Under the pieces are notes generated by a model. It had not been told where the DNA came from. It saw only the letters and a list, made by a program, of their open reading frames with translations, and did not search any database. From positions 32,001 to 96,000 of IMG/VR virus record IMGVR_UViG_3300046804_003518: a stretch of 64,000 nt of DNA, one strand, 5' to 3'. The translations under genes and the position numbers were made by a program. Source of the stretch: a virus. Positions 1 through 7,979 of the stretch are shown here, one piece after another (within the stretch, counting starts at the first letter, position 1; each line of letters begins with the position of its first letter).

Positions 1-3000
1 GCTACAGGCACAATTGTTGGCTACGCAAACATTAGGGCAATCACCTACATTGATTCAAACTCAGCCAAAAAGGGCTCACATCTAGCTCAGTATAGACTAT
101 ACATCTTCAACTATAGACCAGTTGGCACCTACACATTCCAAGATGCAAGATCAGTTGTCTATAATAATGGTGTAAATGATTTAGCATTTGCCGACCTCGT
201 ATTAACAGGGGGCGTGCCAATTCTTGAAGAAAGTTCAGCCACTCCTCTATTGTTTAGCGTTAACGCTAAGGCTCTAAAGAACCTAAGAAACAGCAATAAT
301 GTTCTTGATACTAATTATTACTATACTGCAGCCAACACGACAGCTCAACTTCAGTCAACAGGTATCCTAACATTTGGTATTGGTGCATTGAAGGGTATTC
401 TTGGATTCACCGGTAGCTCAAATGCCGATGAATTAAAGGTTGATATTCATGTTGTTGATGCCAATGCTCAATGTGCTGCAGCCCTAGTTGGCACAACAGC
501 TGCTTCTGCCACAAACGTAATTACTGGTACAGGCACTCTATTTACTGAAGACTTTATTCCTGGTGAATGCATTAGATTCACAGGTCTACCTTCAGCCAAT
601 ACACATAGAATTGTATCAATCACTAATGCCACATCAATGGTAATTAATACTGCTGTAACAGTTACTGCAAACACATATACAAGAGTACACCTCAGAGGTT
701 CTGTAATTGCGCTGAACCCAGCTGCTGGCACCAAGAGAACAATGGTTGTCAACCCAGGTACTGAGACAGCCACAATTAACCTAGGTAATTCATATACTGG
801 CACAACAAATGTCGTTGTTAGATTCCAGGCTTTAAATAATGAAGCCAATACAATCAGTAAACAAATTAATAGAAACAGTGTTGTAATTATTAACACTGCA
901 AACAATGTTGCAGGAACAACAGGCCCATGGTTACTTGGTGTACCAGATGTGCTAAAGTTGAATGGTGTCTTTATTGGTTCTAACTCTTCAAACTTTGTTA
1001 CAGCAAATAGAGTTAGTGACTTTGTTCTTGATAATGGTCAAAGAGACACCCACTACGATCATGCCAAGATTTCATTGGCACCAAAAACATCATTTGGGTC
1101 ATTACCAAGTGGTACCCATCTACTTGTACAGTTTGATTGCTTTACAGCAAACGTATCAGGTGGTGAAGGATTCTTCTCTGTTGAGTCATATCAAGCAAAT
1201 GATACACCTAATGCCAATACCCAAACGGCACTAAGAACATATGAGATTCCAACATACACAACAACAGTAGCTAACACAACTGTTACATATGACTTGAGAG
1301 ATGTTATTGATTTTAGACCTTATAAGGCCAACACAGCTAATATTACAACATCATTCACTTCTGCTACAATTAATCCACCAGCCACAAATACATTTAACTC
1401 TAATACAACAGTATATAATCCATATCCTGGTTCATCATTAACAACAAACTTTACTTATTATCTTGGAAGAAAGGATAGATTAGTACTTACACCAGAAGGT
1501 GCATTTAAGGTAGAAGAGGGTCTACCAGGATTAAATCCAAGACTATCGCCAATGCTACCAGAAGTGTTAAATGTAGCAGAAGTAACAGTCCCTGCATATC
1601 CTTCACTATCTGATACAGAAAAATCAAATATCAGTAGAAGAGACAATTTCATTCAGATTGATATTCTAACAAATAAGCGCTTCACAATGCGTGACATTTC
1701 TGTTCTTGAAAAGAGAATTGAAAGATTAGAATACTACACAACTCTAAACATGCTTGAGAGCATTGCTCTCTCAACAATGATTGCTGATCAAAATGGCGAT
1801 CAAAGATTCCAGAATGGTTTCTTTGTTGATCCTTTCAATAGCCATGCATTTGGTAGAACAGAAGATCCTGGTTATAGAATTGCTATTGATGAGCAAAAGG
1901 GTCTACTAAGACCACTATTTGAGCCACAAGTTATTGAAATGGAATTTGATACAAATGCAGGTTCATATAGCAATGTCCAAGTAACTGGCAACATGGTTAC
2001 ACTTGCATATACACATGAAGTGTATATTGATCAGCCATATGCATCAGATCCAGTAAATGTTTCTGGCACACCAATTGCCTGGAAAGGAACAATTGATGTT
2101 AGACCAACTGTAAGAAATGATGTTGAATTCCTAGCAAGAGCTGCCTCAGTTGGTAGCACATCTAAGATTGCCCAGGCTTATGAAAATATGTCTACTGTTA
2201 CACCAGGCATCACGCAGTATGGTTGGTGGAGAGAGGGAATTCAGAATAATGATGACTATAATGTTAAGTCCAATGCAAATGATGCAAGAAATGCAACATC
2301 AATTGCAATTGAAACAAACAAGTCAATAACAACTCAGAGTGGCGAAAAGGTACAGACAGGTATTGTGTACCTATCAAAGGAAAGAGTTTATGCCTTCAAG
2401 GCAGTAGGCCTAAAGCCAAATACAATTCATTACCTATTCATTAATGATAACAACAACTCACAGTATGCAGCCCTAGGTGAACTAAGTTCAACACCAAATG
2501 CAGGTGACGAAACATTTGTTACTAGATCATCTCCATGGGGTACAGTTCTAGAAACAGACTCACGTGGTGAAATTATTGGTAAGTTTATTGTACCAGCCCT
2601 AGCATTAAAGTCAGGTACCCATAAGCTAACTCTAAGAAATAGAAATACATTAAACCGTGGTATTGATGAATCATTTGCTGATGCCTACTTTACAATTGAT
2701 ATCACTCTACAACAACCACCTATAGTTATTCAGCCAAACCCTCCAGGGCCACCAGACGCCAATACACCTGCAAATACTACATTACCTCCACCAGCTAATT
2801 CAACTACAAACACAGTTGTTACGCTGCCTGAGGCATTTGCAAGATTTACATATACTGGCGAAACTACAGTCACAGCTCAGCAAAATGCTAATGGGTACAT
2901 TGCAAATGGTACATTTACATTAACATTTACAGATGACAGCTTTGTTAAGAATGGAAGTATCACTGCTTATGAATGGAATTTCAATACTGGAGATTTCCCA

Positions 3001-4308
3001 GAAATTGGAATTCTAAATGTCAATACGACTGTAACTGGCGTTGGCCCACACACTGTAACATTTAGTACAGATAAGGCTGTTCAGGATGTTCTTGTCACAT
3101 TGACAATTACAGACTCTGCAGGCGAGAAGAAGAGAAATAGCCAACCAATTAGACTAACTAAGTTGGTCAAACCACCTATTGTTGTTCCTCCACCAGCAAC
3201 ACCTCCAACCGTACCAAACGTTGAGTTGACATTTGTCACATCAGAAGTCAACCAGGTGTCTGATCCATACATCTATAATTCCTGGAACGTGTTTGAGTTT
3301 AGAGACAGCTTCCACCGTGGGTTCAACACACCATATCTCAACCTAACATATGATACAGGAACATCTTTAGGTACTAACACCGTAGTCAAGGTTATTGCTA
3401 AGCCATCAGTTGACTATCAAGGCTATATTGGTTGGACTGTGACACCAGTATCTGCAACCTCACTAAGAACCTTTACCCAAGCAAACCTAACTCAAGTTTA
3501 TGTTGAGGCAGGTGGCTCAGGATATTCTAACAACGACACAATTAGATTCTCTAATGGTCAAGTTGATGCCTATGCAACAGTTATCACAGACGTGTATGGT
3601 TCAATTCGTTATGTTGAACTTGACACAATGGGTAACTTCTCTAACGGTGCTCCTGTAACCCAGCAAACATTTACAGCCAATAGCACTGTTTACAATAACT
3701 TCCCACTATCTGTATCAAGTACAAACACAAGCATTCTTGTTACAGTTAATGGCCTTGTCCAATCTCCAGGTGTCGATTACCAAGTAACTGGCGGTGGCTC
3801 AACTCTAAACTTTACAACCAACTTAAATTATCTTGTAAGTCCAGATATTGCAGTCGTATCGTATGATGTAACTGGTGTAACACCTGGTACTGGATTTAAG
3901 ACGCCTCAGCAAATTAAAGTACAGATTGCCAACACAACAGCTCCAGCAAATAGCACAAATGGTAACACATCAGGTGGTAGTGGTGCAGTATTGACGTTGG
4001 TACCTGGTGTCGTCTTCAATTCAACTCCAACAAATTCACCAAGATGTGCAAACGATTCGATTACTCTATACTCTAACACAGGACCAGATAGTGAAACAAT
4101 TGTACTTGTTAAGGCTGACTTCTATCTATCCAATGGTTATGCAAACTCAATTGGTAATACATCCCAGCACTTTACATTGAAGACAACATCAGCTGTTCCA
4201 ATTAATATTCCACCAATTAACGTTGGTAACTGGGGTGGCATAGGATTACCTGGAACTGGCGGTGGTTGGGTGAATGATGATTATATGAAGTACACAAAAG
4301 TAAAATAA
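1..4308 (+). CDS. Large virion structural protein, DUF4815/VrlC-like baseplate-associated family, N-terminal and central part; 5'-truncated by the window edge; carries a PKD-like domain and Pro-rich linkers
   Basis: Frame 1 is open from base 1 (ATGTIVGYANIRAITY...YRLYIFNY), so the GTG at 214 is not the true start. Motifs typical of T4-like DUF4815 proteins: FVLDNGQRDTHYDH, YDLRDVIDFRP, YYLGRKDRLVL, RFTMRDISVLEKRIERLEYYTTL, RFQNGFFVDPF. PKD-like F.D.S..G.I..Y.WNF...G...VTLTITDS at about 2827-3156. Confidence 0.8.
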   Translation, partial: ATGTIVGYANIRAITYIDSNSAKKGSHLAQYRLYIFNYRPVGTYTFQDARSVVYNNGVNDLAFADLVLTGGVPILEESSATPLLFSVNAKALKNLRNSNNVLDTNYYYTAANTTAQLQSTGILTFGIGALKGILGFTGSSNADELKVDIHVVDANAQCAAALVGTTAASATNVITGTGTLFTEDFIPGECIRFTGLPSANTHRIVSITNATSMVINTAVTVTANTYTRVHLRGSVIALNPAAGTKRTMVVNPGTETATINLGNSYTGTTNVVVRFQALNNEANTISKQINRNSVVIINTANNVAGTTGPWLLGVPDVLKLNGVFIGSNSSNFVTANRVSDFVLDNGQRDTHYDHAKISLAPKTSFGSLPSGTHLLVQFDCFTANVSGGEGFFSVESYQANDTPNANTQTALRTYEIPTYTTTVANTTVTYDLRDVIDFRPYKANTANITTSFTSATINPPATNTFNSNTTVYNPYPGSSLTTNFTYYLGRKDRLVLTPEGAFKVEEGLPGLNPRLSPMLPEVLNVAEVTVPAYPSLSDTEKSNISRRDNFIQIDILTNKRFTMRDISVLEKRIERLEYYTTLNMLESIALSTMIADQNGDQRFQNGFFVDPFNSHAFGRTEDPGYRIAIDEQKGLLRPLFEPQVIEMEFDTNAGSYSNVQVTGNMVTLAYTHEVYIDQPYASDPVNVSGTPIAWKGTIDVRPTVRNDVEFLARAASVGSTSKIAQAYENMSTVTPGITQYGWWREGIQNNDDYNVKSNANDARNATSIAIETNKSITTQSGEKVQTGIVYLSKERVYAFKAVGLKPNTIHYLFINDNNNSQYAALGELSSTPNAGDETFVTRSSPWGTVLETDSRGEIIGKFIVPALALKSGTHKLTLRNRNTLNRGIDESFADAYFTIDITLQQPPIVIQPNPPGPPDANTPANTTLPPPANSTTNTVVTLPEAFARFTYTGETTVTAQQNANGYIANGTFTLTFTDDSFVKNGSITAYEWNFNTGDFPEIGILNVNTTVTGVGPHTVTFSTDKAVQDVLVTLTITDSAGEKKRNSQPIRLTKLVKPPIVVPPPATPPTVPNVELTFVTSEVNQVSDPYIYNSWNVFEFRDSFHRGFNTPYLNLTYDTGTSLGTNTVVKVIAKPSVDYQGYIGWTVTPVSATSLRTFTQANLTQVYVEAGGSGYSNNDTIRFSNGQVDAYATVITDVYGSIRYVELDTMGNFSNGAPVTQQTFTANSTVYNNFPLSVSSTNTSILVTVNGLVQSPGVDYQVTGGGSTLNFTTNLNYLVSPDIAVVSYDVTGVTPGTGFKTPQQIKVQIANTTAPANSTNGNTSGGSGAVLTLVPGVVFNSTPTNSPRCANDSITLYSNTGPDSETIVLVKADFYLSNGYANSIGNTSQHFTLKTTSAVPINIPPINVGNWGGIGLPGTGGGWVNDDYMKYTKVK

Positions 4309-4321
4309 TTGAGGAACAGCA

Positions 4322-6031
4322 ATGACTGACGCAGTAAAGTATACAAGCCTTTCACAAACATTTAGAGTAACAGCTCCTCCTGGAGTTCCAGGTGTATATG
4401 TTTCTAAGCTTGGATTATTCTTTAGAAAGAAGTCTGATTCATTGGGTGTGCAAGCATTTTTAATGCAGGTTACTAACAACTTACCTGACCCTGATAAGGT
4501 TATTCCTAACTCACTGGTTACAGTTGATGTTGAAGATGTTGCAACATCAACAGATGGATCTTCTGAAACACAGTTTGTGTTTCCACAACTTGTTTATCTA
4601 AATGCTGGCGAGACATATGCATTTGGTATTAAGTCTATTGGTAGTTCTCCTGACTATGAAGTTTGGGTTGGCGAACTAGGCCAGAGAGACCTAGCTACAG
4701 ATAAACCAATTGGTTCAAACCCAGTTGTTGAGACTGCATACTTTGCTGGTAACAAACAGAAGTATGCTGACCTAATTAACCAAGATATTAAATTTAATCT
4801 TTATAGAGCTAAGTTTACTGCTACAAGTGGCACTGCGGCACTAAGAAATAATAATACAGAAATTATCTCATTCTATAATCTATCAAGCGTATCTGGGGCT
4901 GTAGACATTAGAGCTGGTGACCACGTTTATGCATGGTCTAATTCTTATGTTAATACAGCTGCCAATGCAGTTGTAACCAAACTAGATATGGTTAATAGCT
5001 TACTATATGTTAAGAACTCATCTGGTAACTTCACTTCCAATACAGATATTGTGTTTGTAAGAACAGGTGAAGAAGGTGATCCTACATCCAATAATTCAGG
5101 CATGCTTGGTATAGCGAGAATTGATAGCACTGCAAATAATGGTATTACAAAGTTTGCATATCATGGGATTGTTCCAAAGCTAGCCATTAATAAAATTCCA
5201 TTTACAGGCATCACATTAAGATATAAGGGTGCAAAATATAATGGTACAAAATACGTACAAGATGATGAAAAATTAATTGATAATAACATTGAATTAGAAT
5301 TTAGAGATAGAACAAGATATTGGTTGGGTGAAACAGACGAAAGAAATGCTGGTAATGAGTTTAGAACTGGTGTTACCCCATCTGGTAAGCCATGCACAAA
5401 CTCATCAATTATTATTGAAGCTTCAATGAATTCAGATAATGATTTTATTTCACCAGCGATTGATTTAACTCGTAACAATGTTATCCTGTTGCGTAACATT
5501 ATTAATGCAAATACAACTGACGAACATACTGTTAGTGGTGGCGCCGCCTCAAGATATATTTCTAAAATCATTACTCTTGAAGATGAGCAAGAAGCAGAAG
5601 ATCTTAGAATCTTTATTACTGCTAATAAGCCAGCCAACACAGAAATCCATGTTTACAGTAAAATATGGAGTGACTCTGACCCAGAACCATTTGATTCAAA
5701 GGTTTGGTCAAAGATGACATATGAAAATCCAGCAACTGTTAGAAATACAAATGCTCCAGATGAATTCTTAGAATATGTGTATTCATTTGCAAATTCAGCT
5801 ACACTAGCTGGCAATGCCCTAGCAGCATTCCAAGCCAACAACACAGTTCCTGTCTCTTATCTTGGCGCCAACTCAACTGGTGGTGTGACAGGTGGCCCTT
5901 CATATGGTGGTAGTGGATATAATAAGGTAATTAAGAAGTTTGCTGTTAAGTTAGTATTAACTTCTGACACAGGTCTTGAGTACATTTATCCTACAGTTAA
6001 CGATTTAAGAGTAATTGCTCTACAGATGTAA
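4322..6031 (+). CDS. Virion structural protein resembling the C-terminal region of DUF4815-type proteins
   Basis: SLSQTF...VSKLGLFFRKK...P....VYL..GE.YAF...YEVWVGELG...DIKFNLYRAKF and terminal YISKIITLE...EDLRIFIT...F.EY.Y...KFAVKLVL..P.VNDLRVIAL; RBS GAGG upstream. Confidence 0.75.
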   Translation: MTDAVKYTSLSQTFRVTAPPGVPGVYVSKLGLFFRKKSDSLGVQAFLMQVTNNLPDPDKVIPNSLVTVDVEDVATSTDGSSETQFVFPQLVYLNAGETYAFGIKSIGSSPDYEVWVGELGQRDLATDKPIGSNPVVETAYFAGNKQKYADLINQDIKFNLYRAKFTATSGTAALRNNNTEIISFYNLSSVSGAVDIRAGDHVYAWSNSYVNTAANAVVTKLDMVNSLLYVKNSSGNFTSNTDIVFVRTGEEGDPTSNNSGMLGIARIDSTANNGITKFAYHGIVPKLAINKIPFTGITLRYKGAKYNGTKYVQDDEKLIDNNIELEFRDRTRYWLGETDERNAGNEFRTGVTPSGKPCTNSSIIIEASMNSDNDFISPAIDLTRNNVILLRNIINANTTDEHTVSGGAASRYISKIITLEDEQEAEDLRIFITANKPANTEIHVYSKIWSDSDPEPFDSKVWSKMTYENPATVRNTNAPDEFLEYVYSFANSATLAGNALAAFQANNTVPVSYLGANSTGGVTGGPSYGGSGYNKVIKKFAVKLVLTSDTGLEYIYPTVNDLRVIALQM

Positions 6032-6032
6032 T

Positions 6033-6242
6033 ATGGAAAGAGATGTAATTTATAGAGTACAGGATAATCCTGACTACATAAGAGATATAGAAACAAATGC
6101 GGTGTTAAATACTAATACCGCTAAGTTAAGAGAATATAAACTTAGAAAGAAACAGAATAGAAAAATACAGGATTTACAAGATGAAGTTGCAGAATTAAAA
6201 CAACTTCTTAAAGCAGTCCTTGAGGAAAGAAAATGTCAGTAA
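6033..6242 (+). CDS. Small conserved T4-like hypothetical protein with C-terminal coiled coil
   Basis: True ATG at 6033, two bases after the upstream TAA. RV.DNPDYIRD..TNAVLNTN..L..YK..K pattern is typical of the small gene following DUF4815 genes. Confidence 0.65.
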   Translation: MERDVIYRVQDNPDYIRDIETNAVLNTNTAKLREYKLRKKQNRKIQDLQDEVAELKQLLKAVLEERKCQ

Positions 6243-7354
6243 CAATTAATTCAATTGATGCAAATTCAGATACATTTGCAAGTTGGGTTGCCATCACAAA
6301 TCAGATGGCACAAACTATTAGTAATTCTGTTGTTACAGCAAACACTTCAGAAGGTGTTACTGGCAACTCTACAGTCAATTTTAACTCCAAGTTGTGGGGT
6401 AAGTTTGCAGCCAACACTATTCTAGTTGGCAATACAATTACATCCAACGTCACAGGCGCTAATGTAGCCATTGAAGCTAATCTAGAACTTAAATCGGCAT
6501 TTAAACTATACACAGTTGGCGACTTGAGTGTCAAGGGTAATATTATTATCGACACAACAGCCAAACTAAGATTTGGTGATAGATCATCAACATATTCAGG
6601 AACAACTGGTTGGCTCAGAGCCAACTCTACTGGCTACGCTGCATTTGCAAACCTAGAGGTAAAGGGCACAGACTTAGATCCAGATGAGTTTGTACTAACA
6701 TCAAACATTGGTTATGCAAACTCAACAAATTCTACATACGATGTTATCTGCTATGATACATCAGCAAGCAAGTGGCTAAGAACAAGATTAACTCACTTAC
6801 TTTCACAAGAAATTGATGCATTAAAGTTGGGCACAGTTACAGCTAATGCAACAGCGGGCGAAGTAAGAGTAAATGCTAATACAAACTTTGGTGGTTCAAC
6901 ATCATCGCTTTTTGTTTCTAATACAGTAGCAAGAATTGGTGTTGGTGGTATTACAAGTCCACAGGCTCCACTTCATGTCCAGGGTGCTGTTTACGCAACT
7001 GGTGATATTACAGCATTTTACACATCAGATGCAAACCTAAAGAAAAACGTAACTCCAATTGCTAATGCATTGGAAAAGGTTCGTTGGTTAAAGGGTGTCC
7101 ATTTTGAATGGGACAAAGATAAGATTGCTGGCCTAGAGCATGTTGGTCCAAAACCAGATAAAGATATTGGTTTAATTGCCCAAGATGTTGAAAAAGTATT
7201 TCCTCAAGCAGTTACAGAAAGAAGCGATGGTTATAAGGCAGTAGATTATACCAAGCTGGTTCCTGTATTAATTGAGGCTGTGAAGGAGCTCAGCTATAGA
7301 ATTAATATTCTAGAAGCTGAGATGGAAGAAAAATACCGTAGCAGTAGTAGATAA
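6233..7354 (+). CDS. Tail fibre/spike with C-terminal intramolecular chaperone (peptidase S74) domain
   Basis: YTSDANLKKNV..I.NALEKV..LKGV.F.W...IGLIAQDVEKVFP.AV...VDY.KLVPVLIEAVKEL; the autocleavage Ser-Lys motif is intact. Confidence 0.88.
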   Translation: MSVTINSIDANSDTFASWVAITNQMAQTISNSVVTANTSEGVTGNSTVNFNSKLWGKFAANTILVGNTITSNVTGANVAIEANLELKSAFKLYTVGDLSVKGNIIIDTTAKLRFGDRSSTYSGTTGWLRANSTGYAAFANLEVKGTDLDPDEFVLTSNIGYANSTNSTYDVICYDTSASKWLRTRLTHLLSQEIDALKLGTVTANATAGEVRVNANTNFGGSTSSLFVSNTVARIGVGGITSPQAPLHVQGAVYATGDITAFYTSDANLKKNVTPIANALEKVRWLKGVHFEWDKDKIAGLEHVGPKPDKDIGLIAQDVEKVFPQAVTERSDGYKAVDYTKLVPVLIEAVKELSYRINILEAEMEEKYRSSSR

Positions 7355-7355
7355 G

Positions 7356-7682
7356 ATGGCAACAAAAGTTAACTTGGTTGTAGATCAAGGCGCAACATTC
7401 CAAACATCCGTTACCTTCAATGATGAAAATGGTAACACGATTAACTTTTCTACGTATTCCGGCGTTGCCCAAATGCGTAAGCATTATACATCTTCAAATT
7501 CTACATCTTTTTCTGTTAATATGACATCTAATGGTGTAATTACACTAGGGTTAACAGCCAATCAAACTGCAAATTTAACTGCTGGACGTTATGTTTATGA
7601 TCTCGAGGTCACTGATGCATCTAATCAAATCTCAAGATTGATTGAGGGTATAGTGACCGTAACTCCAAACGTAACAAGATAA
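7356..7682 (+). CDS. Conserved small virion/baseplate-fibre adaptor protein of T4-like phages
   Basis: MATKVNLVVDQGATF...AQMRKHY...ITLGLTA.QT..L.AGRYVYDLEV...RL.EG.V.VTP.VTR family pattern. Confidence 0.7.
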   Translation: MATKVNLVVDQGATFQTSVTFNDENGNTINFSTYSGVAQMRKHYTSSNSTSFSVNMTSNGVITLGLTANQTANLTAGRYVYDLEVTDASNQISRLIEGIVTVTPNVTR

Positions 7683-7685
7683 TTT

Positions 7686-7693
7686 TATAAATA
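7686..7693 (+). promoter_or_regulatory. T4-type late promoter
   Basis: Exact TATAAATA in the intergenic gap. Confidence 0.65.
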
Positions 7694-7697
7694 ACTT

Positions 7698-7979
7698 ATG
7701 GCAATTCTAAGTAAAGTTACAGTCAATCAGAACAAACTGGCAGCGGCTGTAACCGTTAAAAATGTCAGTGGCGGATTGCAACAAACTAATAAGGTAAATC
7801 CTATTAGTTTGATAGCATCTACCGGAGCTGGTGGTGCTGGCAGATTTGATGAGTTGCTTGATGTGACTGAAGGAACACCCGCCAATGGCGATGTTGTCGT
7901 ATATAATGCCGCAAATGATAAGTACGAGGTAAAAAGTTTAGGCAATACGTCAATAACGCTTGACGGGGGCACATTCTAA
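7698..7979 (+). CDS. Small fibre-associated virion protein
   Basis: LDELLDV...NGDVVVYNAANDKYE fibre-repeat-like segment; ends in LDGGTF; TAATG coupling to the next gene. Confidence 0.6.
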   Translation: MAILSKVTVNQNKLAAAVTVKNVSGGLQQTNKVNPISLIASTGAGGAGRFDELLDVTEGTPANGDVVVYNAANDKYEVKSLGNTSITLDGGTF

